A stretch of DNA of 32,000 bases from Mesoplasma florum L1. Its GTDB lineage: Bacteria > Bacillota_I > Bacilli_A > Mycoplasmatales > Mycoplasmataceae. The stretch covers positions 90,001-122,000 of the forward strand of contig NC_006055.1 in the NCBI RefSeq assembly GCF_000008305.1, read 5' to 3'. The notes under the pieces are model-generated. The model was not told the origin of the DNA and made no database searches. It saw nothing but the letters and a program-made list of their open reading frames with translations. Positions within the stretch are counted from its first letter, which is position 1. Every line of letters begins with the position of its first letter. Both the position numbers and the translations under genes were made by a program. Positions 1 to 10,697 of this stretch are shown here, one piece after another.

Positions 1-299
1 ATACTATTATTTTATTTAAGTCATTGGGATATAAAACAAGAGAAATAAATAAATATTTAGTTACAGGTTATTTAATTGCAGCTATTGGTGCGCTTATAGT
101 CGCATTAGTAATAAATAACTTTACAATTGGATATTTATCACCAATTATATATGAAACGGCTGGTATCTCACTAATATATGTTCTAAGTTTTTCATATGTA
201 CTATATGGTATTATTTTGTCATCAACGTTCATATTATTAATACTAACCTCTATCAAAATATATACAAAACGACAAAATCCAAAAGAAATAATTAAATAA
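1..299 (+). CDS. membrane protein, 3' end only (5'-truncated by window edge)
   Basis: Frame 3 is open from base 3 to the TAA at 297-299, so the TTG at 24 used by the ORF track is probably internal. The product is very hydrophobic with 2-3 predicted TM helices. I recognise no family. Confidence 0.4.
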   Translation, partial: TIILFKSLGYKTREINKYLVTGYLIAAIGALIVALVINNFTIGYLSPIIYETAGISLIYVLSFSYVLYGIILSSTFILLILTSIKIYTKRQNPKEIIK

Positions 300-314
300 A
301 AAAGGAGATTGAAT

Positions 315-1661
315 ATGATTCAAATAAATGAAACTAAAAATACAATTAAAATAGTTGGAGTTAAAGATAACTCAAAAAATACTTTTATAAAAAATAAAGT
401 TGGAGTACCAACTTTAATATCTGAAGATAAAACAATTTATATTGTTTTCAAAAAAGACGAAGAAACTTTTACAGAACAAATTAAAAAAGGAATAGAAGCA
501 ACAATATCAAATTTTGATTTTGATGTAGATATTGACATTGATTCTTTTGAAAATGTTTGTGATGGAATTAGTAAAGAAGAAATTATTAAAACAGTTTATG
601 AAACAATATCTTTTTCAACACATAAAGGTTTATCAATTGAAAAAGTAGAAAAAGAAACAAAATATAATTTAATTTTTACTGGTAAACATCAGGAATTAAT
701 AAATCAATTAACTATTGTTTGTGAATATATCAATTATGCTAGAGATTTACAAGACACACCTCCAAATATTGGAACAAGTGAATACTATGCTGACAAACTT
801 GTAAGTGATGCAAAAGATATAAAAGGTTTAAAGGTTACTATTTTGGGTAGAAAAGAAGCAACTAAATTAAACATGGGCTTATTTTTAGGAGTTAATGCTG
901 GATCAGCTCATGAACCAAGAATTGTTGTGATGGAATATTGTGGAGATTCTTCAAAACCAAAAACAGGTTTAGTTGGAAAAGGAATTTGTTTTGACTCTGG
1001 GGGATATAATTTAAAACCATCAAATTATATGGAAGGTATGAAATTTGATATGTCTGGAGCAGCGGTTGTATTATCTGCAACTATGGCTTTAGCCAAAGCA
1101 AAAGCAAAAGCAAATATTGTTGCAGTAGGTATGTTCACTGATAATAAAATTGGACAGAATGCTACATTACCTGATTCTGTAATTGAATCAATGAGTGGTA
1201 AAAAAGTATTGATATTTGATACTGATGCAGAAGGTCGACTTGTTTTAGCCGATGGAATTAGTTATGTTGTTAAAGAAAAGCAAGTAGATCAAATAATTGA
1301 TGCTTCAACTTTAACAGGAACAGTTTTATTTGCTTTAGGTCATAATGCAACTGGAGCATTTTCTCATTCTGATAAAATGATAAATGAATTGAATGAAGCT
1401 TCACAAAAATCTGGTGAAAGATTTTGAAGATTACCAATTTTCAAAGAACATTTAAAACAAGTAAAAAAAGATGCTGCACCTTTAGCAGATTTAACTAATG
1501 CATGTAGAGTTAGATATGAAGATTGTTCATATGCAGCAGCCTTCTTGAATGAGTTTGCAGAAAATAAACCTTTCTTGCACTTAGATATAGCTGGTACAGC
1601 TGATAAAGAAAATAAAGGTCAAGGTGTTTTGGTTAAAACGTTATTTGAAATGTTGAAATAA
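315..1661 (+). CDS. pepA: M17 leucyl aminopeptidase, paralog 1 (448 aa)
   Basis: The ATG at 315 follows AAAGGAG (301-307) and is preferred over the TTG at 309. The gene reads through the in-frame TGA at 1425-1427, which is the W of the conserved WRLP. M17 core motifs are present: VGKGICFDSGGYNLKP, MKFDMSGAA, DTDAEGRL and HLDIAGTA. The stop is TAA at 1659-1661. Confidence 0.9.
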
Positions 1662-1685
1662 AGTGGAATTCCACTTTTTTCTTTT
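1661..1685 (+). terminator. intrinsic terminator after pepA-1
   Basis: Palindrome aagtggaattccactt followed by a T-run (tttttcttt). Confidence 0.7.
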
Positions 1686-1714
1686 ATTAAGTACTTATTG
1701 TTTTAGGTATTAAG

Positions 1715-1723
1715 TGCTATAAT
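1715..1723 (+). promoter_or_regulatory. extended -10 promoter element (TGcTATAAT) for pepA-2
   Basis: The sequence tgctataat lies 30 nt upstream of the ATG at 1753 and downstream of the pepA-1 terminator. Confidence 0.5.
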
Positions 1724-1752
1724 TTTTTTAAATAGAAAGATGGTATATATTT

Positions 1753-3096
1753 ATGATTACATTAAACAAAAAAAATCATGATATTAAATTAGTTGCTGTT
1801 GCTGACAACAAAGCTAATGAATTTATCAAAGACAGTGCGGGAGCAGTTACATTTATTTCAGAAGATAAAACAATTTATTTAGTTATTAAACAAAAAGGAT
1901 GTAGAGTTAAACAAATTAAAGCGGGATTAAAATCAGCTTTATCAACTTACACAAAAAATTTAAATATTGACTTAGACTCAATTATTAATCAATTAGGAGA
2001 AGAAAATAAAGATTTAGTTTTTAACACAGTTTATGAAACAATTTCATTCTTATCACATGATGTAGTTTCATTCAAAAAAGAATCAAAACCAAGCAAAATT
2101 GAATTCAATATTGAAACTAAAAATGACTTTTCTGAATTAGAAGCTGCTGCAGCTATTAAAACAGAATTTATTAATTATGCTAGAGATTTACAAGATACAC
2201 CTCCAAATATTGGAACAAGTGAATACTATGCTGAAAAAGTATCAAAAGATGCAGCAAACATTGAAGGATTAAAAGTTACTGTTCTTGGAAGAAAAGAAGC
2301 AGAAAAATTCGGAATGGGATTATTCTTAGGAGTTAATGCTGGATCAGCTCATGAACCAAGAATTGTTGTTATGGAATACTGTGGAGATTCTTCAAAACCA
2401 AAAACAGGTTTAGTTGGAAAAGGAATTTGTTTTGATTCTGGAGGGTACAACTTAAAACCTTCAGCTTCAATGTTAGGTATGAAATTTGATATGTCTGGAG
2501 CAGCTATTATGTTATCTGCTACTATGGCATTAGCTAAAGCAAAAGCAAAAGCAAATGTAGTCGCTGTAGCAATGTTCACTGATAATAAAATTGGACAAAA
2601 TGCAACTTTACCTGAATCAGTTTTAACATCAATGAATGGTTTAACTGTAGAAATCAATAATACTGATGCTGAAGGAAGATTAGTTTTAGCGGATGGTATG
2701 ACATATGCTATTAGAGAAAAAGGCGTAGAACAAATTATTGAGGCTTCAACTTTAACTGGAGCATTAGTAGTTGCTTTAGGAAGTTCAGCTATTGGTGTAT
2801 TTACTCATCAAGACGAATTATGAAATACTTTTGAAAAAGCTTCATTAAAAACTAGAGAAAGAATGTGAAGATTACCAATCTTTGAAGAGCATTTAGAAAG
2901 AGTTAAATCTGGAGCAGTTTTAGGTGACTTATCAAATGCTGTTAAAGGATATGAAGGAAGTTCAACTGCAGCAGCATTCTTAAATGAATTTGCTGAAGAA
3001 AAACCATTTATTCACTTTGATATTGCTGGAACAGCAGATATTGATGGACGTGGACAAGGTGTTTTAGTTAAAACATTATTTGAAGTTCTAAAATAA
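1753..3096 (+). CDS. pepA: M17 leucyl aminopeptidase, paralog 2 (447 aa)
   Basis: Starts at ATG 1753. In-frame TGA codons at 2821-2823 and 2866-2868 (WRLP) are read as Trp. Motifs present: VGKGICFDSGGYNLKP, MKFDMSGAA, NTDAEGRL and FDIAGTA. The stop is TAA at 3094-3096. Confidence 0.92.
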
Positions 3097-3104
3097 TAAA
3101 ATTA

Positions 3105-3132
3105 ATCATAAGTATTCACTTATGATTTTTTT
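3105..3132 (+). terminator. intrinsic terminator after pepA-2
   Basis: Stem atcataagt / acttatgat with loop attc, followed by ttttttt. Confidence 0.75.
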
Positions 3133-3150
3133 AAATAGAAAAGAGATTAT

Positions 3151-4500
3151 ATGATAACAATAAATACAAATAAATTAGAATATAAATTAATTGCTGTGCC
3201 CAACAATGAAACAAATATTAATATTCTTGATAAACCAAGTTGTGTAACCTTTATTAGTGAAAGTAAAACCTTCTATCTTGTTATTAAAAAAGATTCAATG
3301 TCATATTTAAGACAATTAAAATTAGGTTTAGCAAGTTTTATTCAAATGTGTAAAGGTGATACTAATATTGATTTTAATAGTTTTGTTAAAGTTATACCAA
3401 ACGTAAATAAAGAAATAATATTTAATGTAATTTGTGATGTTATTTTGTTTGAAACACACAAATTTATAACATATAAAAAAGATGTAAAGACAAATGACTA
3501 TTTGTTTAATATAGATCAGTCTGAAGATTTTTCTGACCTATTAGATGAGAATATTTTAAAAAATAAATATGTTAATTATGCTAGAGATTTACAAGATTTT
3601 CCACCAAATATTGGAACTAGTGATTTCTATGGTGAAAAGCTTCTAAAAGATTCTTCAAAAATTGAGGGTTTAAAAGTTAGTGTATTAAAAAATAAAGAGT
3701 TAAAAGAATTAGATATGAATTTAGTCTTAGCAGTAAACCAAGGTTCAAATCATGATGCAAATGTTGTAGTTATGGAATTTAACAATAATCCTGGTGGCAA
3801 AAAAATAGCCCTTGTAGGTAAAGGGATTTGCTTTGATACTGGAGGTTATGATTTGAAACCATCAGCTTTTATTGAAGGAATGAAATTTGATATGACTGGT
3901 GCGGCAATAGTTATGTCAATTGCAATGGCATTGGCAGAGGCAAAAGCTAAAATTAATTTGGTTGCTGTAGGATTATTTACAGATAATAAAATTGGACAAA
4001 AAGCAGTACTACCAGAATCAATAATAAAATCTAAAAATGGTTTAACTGTTGAAATTAGCAATACTGATGCTGAAGGAAGATTGGTTCTAGCAGATGGTAT
4101 AACATATGCTATTAGAGAAAAAAATGCAGATGTTATTTATGACATTGCAACTTTAACTGGTGCTACTGCAATGGCACTTGGAGAATCTGCTTCAGGAGTT
4201 TTTACAGAATTTGATGAAATGTGAAAAAAATTAAATGAAGCATCAAACTATACAACAGAAAGATTTTGAAGATTACCAATTTTTGCTGAACATAAAGAAC
4301 AAGTTAAGAATGATTCAGTTTTAGCCGATCTAACTAATTCATGCAAAAAAGGGCCAGGAGGTTCAACTGCAGCAGCATTTTTAACTTTCTTTGCAGAAGA
4401 TAAAGAGTTTCTTCACATTGATTGTTCAAGAGTTGTAAGAGTAGGATTAAAGGGACAAGGTTATATTGTTAAAACAATGTTTGAATTACTTAAAAAATAA
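3151..4500 (+). CDS. pepA: M17 leucyl aminopeptidase, divergent paralog 3 (449 aa)
   Basis: Starts at ATG 3151. In-frame TGA codons occur at 4222-4224 and 4267-4269 (WRLP). Motifs present: VGKGICFDTGGYDLKP, MKFDMTGAA and NTDAEGRL. The C-terminal DIAGTA motif is replaced by HIDCSRVV. The stop is TAA at 4498-4500. Confidence 0.88.
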
Positions 4501-4550
4501 TTAATGCATTTTTAATATATAATATGAATTAAGAAAATAGAGGAACAAAT

Positions 4551-5225
4551 ATGAAAATTAATACATGAACATTTTATGACGCTAAAGATTTAGTTGATGT
4601 ACAAATGAATCCATTACTAAGTGGAGATATCGTATTCTTAGTTTTAAGACCTGATATTAATCAACCTAATAGATTACTAGGTTTTGGTTTACCAAAAGAT
4701 AAATCTGGAACTGTTATTGTTGATCTACAAAATAAAGAGTTATCGCATGATGATATTTATGCAATTTTTAAGGGAAACTTAGGAATTACTCAATCTACAA
4801 ATTTGAAAGAAATCGAAATAAGTGGAACTAACCTATCATCTGCAATCAGATTAGAAAATATTCAAAAAATTATAGAAGTTTACAATGTTTTCTTTAAAAC
4901 AGAATCTGTTCAATTTGACACAAATGATTATTCAACTGAAGAAGATTTGGGAAGACCTGATATTTTTACAGAATTAGATTTTAATAAAATTGCTCTTCCA
5001 AACATTTTACAAAGTCTACAAGCTGGAATGACTGAATATAATAAACAAATGGAATTTTTACAATCAACTGAAATGCCAGATGATGAAAGAAAAGATAGAA
5101 TTGTATCTTTATCAATTCTTCAATCTAATTTAATTTTATTTTTTGACAATGCATTAAGAAAATTAAACAATGTAGTTGTTGAACAACAAGAAGAAATAAA
5201 TAAATTAAAGAATAACAAAAACTAA
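4551..5225 (+). CDS. hypothetical protein (224 aa), no recognisable family
   Basis: The ATG at 4551 is preceded by agaggaa (4539-4545). An in-frame TGA at 4566-4568 extends the track ORF 4605..5225 by 18 codons (MKINTWTFYDAKDLVDVQ...). The product is soluble with an acidic middle and a coiled-coil-like C-terminus. Confidence 0.6.
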
Positions 5226-5303
5226 TCTGATTTAAGATAACTATTTTAATTAACAATATTTTTATATATAATAAAAAAGTAATTTAAAGATAAAGGAGTT
5301 ATC

Positions 5304-5375
5304 ATGAAGGTTTTAATTCATTTAAATAAACTAAATAAAACTTTGTCAAAAATAACTCAAGTAATACAAAAATAA
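5304..5375 (+). CDS. candidate 23-codon leader ORF (MKVLIHLNKLNKTLSKITQVIQK)
   Basis: A strong SD (aaaggag, 5292-5298) lies 5 nt before the ATG at 5304. The TAA stop (5373-5375) sits inside the 5' arm of the downstream terminator stem. It is too short for the ORF track. Confidence 0.3.
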   Translation: MKVLIHLNKLNKTLSKITQVIQK

Positions 5376-5412
5376 CCTCAAAATGCCTAAAAAGCATCGA
5401 GGTTATTTTTTA
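5371..5412 (+). terminator. intrinsic terminator / possible attenuator upstream of purA
   Basis: Arm aataacctc (5371-5379) pairs with gaggttatt (5399-5407). There is an inner atgc/gcat pairing, and the hairpin is followed by tttttt. It lies 18 nt before the purA ATG. Confidence 0.65.
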
Positions 5413-5429
5413 TTTAGAAAAGGATTTTT

Positions 5430-6719
5430 ATGAGAGAGATAAATTCATTAGTAGTAGTTGGTAGTCAATGAGGAGATGAAGGTAAAGGTAAAATGACAGA
5501 TTACTTTGCTCAAAAAGCAGACGTAGTTGTTAGATTTGCTGGTGGTGATAATGCTGGTCATGTTATAAACTTTAATGGCCAAAAACATAAAGTAACGATT
5601 ATTCCTTCAGGTATTTTTAATAGCGAAGTAACAAGTGTAATTGGTAATGGTTGTGCTGTAAACTTAATAAACTTAGTAAAAGAACTTGAAACAATTAAAA
5701 ACAGTGGAGTTAAGTTAGGTAAACTTTTAATTTCTGATAGAGCTCAATTAATATTGCCATATCACATATTAATAGATGGTGCTCAAGAAGAATCAAGAGG
5801 AGCAAGAAAAATTGGTACAACAAAAAGAGGTATTGGACCAACTTATCAAGATAAAGCTGCAAGATTAGGAATTAGAGTTGCTGATATTGAAGAAGAAGAT
5901 TTTAAAGAAACATTTAAAGAAATTTTTGAATATCAAATGATGTTCTTGGACAGAATGTTTAATGTTGAAAGCATTGACTTTGAAGAAACTTATGCTAATT
6001 TAATAAATGCATATAACGTAATTAAAGATTGTGTTACAGATACAGGTATTTTTGTTGAGCAAGCTATTAAAAATGGTAAAAAAGTTTTATTTGAAGGAGC
6101 ACAAGGAGCTTTATTAGATATTGATCATGGAACTTATCCATACGTAACTAGCTCAAATACTTCAGCAAACAATGCATCAACAGGTACAGGTATTTCTCAT
6201 AAATTAATTAATAATACTTTAGGTGTTGTAAAAGCTTATTCAACAAGAGTTGGAGCAGGAGCTTTTCCTACTGAATTACTAAATGAAGTTGGTGATGGTA
6301 TAAGAGAGCGTGGACATGAGTATGGATCAAATACTAAAAGACCAAGACGTGTTGGATGATTAGATTTAGTTGCATTAAAACATGCAATTAGAACTTCAGG
6401 AATTGATTACTTATTTATAACTCTCTTAGATGTATTATCAGGAGTTGAAGAATTACTTATTTGTGATAAATATATTTTAAATGGAGAAGAAATAAATTAT
6501 ATTCCAGCAACAAGTTCTAAACATGAAAAGTGTAAAGCAAATTATATTTCAATGCCAGGTTGAAAAGAAGATATAACAAAAGTTAAGCATTTCGAAGAAT
6601 TACCATTAAATGCAAAAAACTATTTAAATAAAATTGCCGAAATTTGTGAAGTTGAAATATCTGGATTTTCAGTAGGTCCTGATAGATTACAAACTGTTAT
6701 AACTAAAGAAATAATGTAG
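5430..6719 (+). CDS. purA: adenylosuccinate synthetase (429 aa)
   Basis: From ATG 5430 the N-terminus reads MREINSLVVVGSQWGDEGKGK, with the W encoded by TGA at 5469-5471. This is the diagnostic purA P-loop. Further in-frame TGA codons occur at 6357 and 6561. The stop is TAG at 6717-6719. Confidence 0.95.
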
Positions 6720-6736
6720 AAAATTTAAGGTAAAAT

Positions 6737-8035
6737 ATGATAAAAAGATATTCTGTAAATAAGATAGAAAAGATTTGAGACGAAAACAATAAATTAAATG
6801 TTTGACTTGATGTAGAGAAAAAAGTAACTTTTGCATGAATGAAATTAAATGTTATTTCAAAAGAAGAATATTTGCTAATTGATAAAAATGCAAAAATAAA
6901 CATTGGTAGAATGCTAGAAATAGAAAATGAAACACGTCATGATGTTGTTGCGTTTACTAGAGCTATTTCTGAAACACTAGGTAATGAAAAAAAATGAATT
7001 CATCTTGGTCTGACTTCAACTGATGTTGTTGATACAGCACAAAACAAATTAATACAAGAATCTAATGAAGTTGTTTTAGAGTCATTAATAAACTTAAAAA
7101 ATACATTAAAAGAGAAAGCATTAATCTATAAAAAAACTTTAACAATGGGAAGATCTCATGGTATTTATGGTGAACCAACTTCTTTAGGACTTAAATTTTT
7201 ATTATGATTTGATGAAATAGACAGACAAATTGAAAGATTTTCATTAGCCAGAAAACAAATTGAAGTAGCGAAAATATCTGGCTCAATGGGAAACTACGCT
7301 AATTTAGAATTTGAAATAGAAGAAATTGTTGCAGAACAAATGGGTTTAGGGATTGATAATATATCAACTCAAGTAACTCAACGTGATAGACATGCATTTT
7401 TGATAAGTGTATTTGCCAACATTGCATCTACTCTTGAAAAAATTGCTACTGAAATAAGATTATTTCAAAGAAGTGAAGTTAAAGAATGGCATGAAGGTTT
7501 TAAAGCAAATCAAAAAGGATCAAGCTCAATGCCTCATAAAAAAAATCCAATAAGTTCTGAAAATATAACTGGTCTTTCAAGATACTTAAGATCATTTACT
7601 AATACAGCTTTTGAAAATAATGTGTTATGACATGAAAGAGATATTTCACATAGTTCTAATGAAAGAATTATTTTTAGTGATGTATTCAATGTTTTAGTTT
7701 ACACATTAGATAGATTAAAAAATACATTAGACGATTTAGTAATAGATGAAAATAAAATGTTAGAACACATTAATTCTCAGTTTAATGTTTTTTACAGTCA
7801 ACCAATATTAAATTACCTTCTTATTAATTGCGATAAATCAAGAGAAGAAATATATGATTTTATTCAGAAATGTACTTTTGAAACAATGAATAATAAAGTA
7901 GACTTTAAACAATCTTTAATTAATAACGGTATAGAAAAATATATTGATAATATAGAAGTATTAAATAAACTTTTTAATATTGATTACTTCATAAGAAATG
8001 TTGAGAAGATATATAACAGAACATTAAATAAATAA
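6737..8035 (+). CDS. purB: adenylosuccinate lyase (432 aa)
   Basis: Starts at ATG 6737. It joins three track fragments plus an N-terminal part that carries several TGA codons. Fumarate-lyase family signature: GSSSMPHKKNP. The N-terminal LGLTSTDVVDTAQN is typical of PurB. Confidence 0.92.
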
Positions 8036-8069
8036 TTTGATATTATAAAAAAAAGGGGAAAAATTAAAA

Positions 8070-9113
8070 ATGCTTTCAAAAAAAGAAAATGTACATATAT
8101 TTGGTTTAACTCAAGGGGTTGAACTAGCACAAGAAATTTGTGATATTTTAGGGGTAAAAAGAAAAGAAGTTAAAACTTTAAAATTTGCTGATGGTGAAAT
8201 ATTAATAGAATCTTTAGACTCAGTTAGAGGTAAAGAAATCTTTGTAATACAATCAACATCAACACCAGTAAATGAAAGTATAATGGAATTATTAATTGCT
8301 ATTGATGCTTTCAAAAGAGGAAGCGCTGAAAAAATTAATGTAGTTATTCCTTACTATGGTTATGCAAGACAAGATAGAAAAGCCAAAGGAAGACAACCAA
8401 TTACATCAAAATTAGTTGCTGACTTATTAACTAAAGCAGGTGCTGACAGAGTTATGTCAATTGATATTCACTCTCCACAATCAATGGGATTCTTTGATGT
8501 TCCAATGGATAATTTCTATACAGCTCAAACATTAGCAACTGAAATTATAGATACAATTGAATTAAATAATTGAGACCCTTCTAATTGTATTTTAGTTTCT
8601 CCAGATTATGGTGGAATGACAAGGGTTCATAAAGTTGAATCTTACACAGGTGGTGTAACTAATGGAATTGCAGTTATTGGTAAAAGAAGGCCAGAACCTA
8701 ATAAAGCTGAAGTTGAATTTGTTCTAGGTGATATAAAAGACAAACATTGTTTCATCATTGATGACATGATAGACACAGGCGGGACAATAATTAACGCAGC
8801 AAAAGCATTAAAAGAACAAGGCGCTAAAGATGTACATATTTTTGCTTGTCATGGTTTATTTAATGGGCCTGCAAAAGAAAGAATGGAAGCAGCAATTAAA
8901 GAAAAAATAGTTGAAGAAGTTGTAGTTACTAATACAATTCAAATAGCTGATGAAAAAAAATTCAATGGATTAAAAATTATTTCAGTGGCTCCTCTATTAG
9001 CAGAAATGATTGATTCATCAATCAGCCATGAATCTTTAACTGAAGTTTATAATAATAAAAAACAAATAATTTGAGATAGAGCTCAATGTATTGTTAATAA
9101 ATTTAAAAAATAA
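8070..9113 (+). CDS. prs: ribose-phosphate pyrophosphokinase (347 aa)
   Basis: Starts at ATG 8070 after aaagggga. It reads through TGA at 8571 and 9072. Motifs: YYGYARQDRK and the PRPP-binding loop IIDDMIDTGGT. Confidence 0.93.
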
Positions 9114-9129
9114 TTAAGAGGAATATAAA

Positions 9130-9690
9130 ATGAAATTAATAGTAGGATTAGGAAATTATGGTTCTCAATATGAAGCTACAAGACATAATGCTGGTTGAAT
9201 AGCATTAGATCAGCTTATTGAAAAATATGGTTTTACGCAACAAAAAAATGAGCATAACTCAATAATTTTCTTTTCAACTGTTAATAATGAAAAAGTATTA
9301 TTCGTAAAACCCCAAACTTATATGAACAATTCAGGAATTGCAATTCAAGCAATCATGCATTACTATAAAATTGAAATTAAAGATTTAGTTATTTTGCATG
9401 ATGAAAAAGATTTTCCTGTTGGGAAAAATCAATTTAAAATGAATGGTTCTGCAGCAGGCCATAATGGAATAAAATCAGTAATTCAATATTTGGGAACTCA
9501 AAATTTTAATAGATACAGAATTGGAATTGGTCAACCTGAACAGGGCTGAAAAATAATAGACTGAGTTTTATCAAAATTCAAACCTGAGGAATTGGAAAAC
9601 ATTATTTTAGCCTCAAAAAGTATTTCAAACTTTGTCAATGATTGAACAAAAGGTACAACTTTTCAAAACATAATGAATTTATACAACTAA
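9130..9690 (+). CDS. pth: peptidyl-tRNA hydrolase (186 aa)
   Basis: Starts at ATG 9130 after aagagga. The N-terminus is [23 protein letters not shown]. Four in-frame TGA codons are read as Trp. The prs-pth adjacency is conserved in Firmicutes. Confidence 0.92.
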
Positions 9691-9707
9691 AAGTTGTATT
9701 TTTTTAT
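9681..9707 (+). terminator. intrinsic terminator after pth (hairpin shared with the convergent methyltransferase gene)
   Basis: Stem atacaact / agttgtat with loop aaa, followed by ttttttt. The T-run is present only in the + direction. Confidence 0.7.
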
Positions 9708-10447
9708 TTTTCAAAAACAAAAGTAAGAGTTTTTAAATTCAAGTTTTTAATGTTGTTGTAATTTTTAATGGTTTTTATGTTTTTAAATTCTAATTTTTCT
9801 AGGATTGATTTAAATTCCTCTACTCCATATCATCATAATGAAAAAGGCTGAATTTCTATTTCAGAATTATTTAAGTATTCAAGCTCAGTATAAGTTTTTT
9901 GTAGTAGTCAATCTATCGAGATTGACTTGTTTTTGATTTTTACAGTGTCATTATTATCAAGTATGAAGTCATATTCGTGTATATTCCCTGGTTTAAAAGA
10001 AGTTGGAAATATTAGATCTAAATATATTTTTCCATTTTCTGTTAAGTGCCTTTTGAAATTGCTTAAAACAGAATATATATCGTTTCTATTTAGTAAACAA
10101 AAACTTCCATTTGGCATAATTATTGTTTCAAATTTTAAATCTGTTTCAAAATTTATTAAGTCTCCTAAGATTAATTGAGATTCCATATTGTATTTCTTTA
10201 GATTTTCTTCATAAATAGCTAACATTTCTTTAGAGTTATCTAATCCAAAAATAGAAATACCCTTTCTTAAGAGCGGTATTGCCATTCTTCCATTTCCAAC
10301 TCCAGCTTCAAGAACTAATCCATCTCTCTTAATTAATTCATTAGTATAAAATTCTATGTCTCCATCAATTGAAGTACCGGGAGGTTTTGATTGGTTGTAA
10401 ACTAAGGAAGAAAGATTTCCATAATAATTTTCTTTGTTACTTTTCAT
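9704..10447 (-). CDS. class I SAM-dependent methyltransferase (247 aa)
   Basis: Motif I is VLEAGVGNGR, followed by FGLDNS and then LGDL. I extended the 3' end past the track stop (TGA at 9908-9910, plus two more TGA codons) to TAA at 9704-9706. The start is placed at ATG 10447-10445 (MKSNKENYYG...) rather than at 10627. Confidence 0.7.
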
Positions 10448-10697
10448 ACTTCTTATTATATATTGGAAAAATAAAAATTTATATTGCCTTTTCAACCATT
10501 CCTTAATTTGAAATAAAAATATATGACACAGGTTTCCCAAAAAAAGATTATAATTTAAAAAAGAATAAATCCATTTTAATTTAATTGTCGAATTATTATA
10601 CTTAGATTGATAGTTATAATACTTCATTTTGTATTAAATAAAAAGACAATAAAATGAAAAATAAGTATAAAAATTTAACAAATAAGAAGGAAAGAAA

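Noticed and set aside
1087-2551. The gcaaaagcaaaagcaaa microsatellite-like repeat in pepA-1 (about 1097-1113) and pepA-2 (about 2537-2553).
   Set aside because: It encodes the conserved AKAKAKA helix of the paralogs (AEAKAK in copy 3). It is a coding feature shared by descent, not an independent repeat element.
4501-4512. The short palindrome aatgcatt after pepA-3, considered as a terminator.
   Set aside because: It has only a 4-bp stem with no loop, and the T-tract is weak. pepA-3 more likely reads through into the downstream orphan gene.
5226-5429. A purine (guanine, adenine or 2'-deoxyguanosine) riboswitch upstream of purA. Such riboswitches are known in Mesoplasma.
   Set aside because: I looked for the conserved three-way-junction core, such as the UAUAAU-type J1/2 followed by the conserved P2/P3 loop sequences and a CCGUAAAU-like segment. 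I did not find it. Only the uORF and terminator arrangement is present.
10448-10627. Upstream ATG at 10627 as the start of the minus-strand methyltransferase, as in the track's 239-aa ORF.
   Set aside because: The extra 60 residues (MKYYNYQSKYNNSTIKLKWIYSFLNYNLFLGNLCHIF...) look like translated A+T-rich intergenic DNA. No SD precedes that ATG. The internal ATG at 10447 gives a normal distance to motif I. Start assignment remains uncertain.
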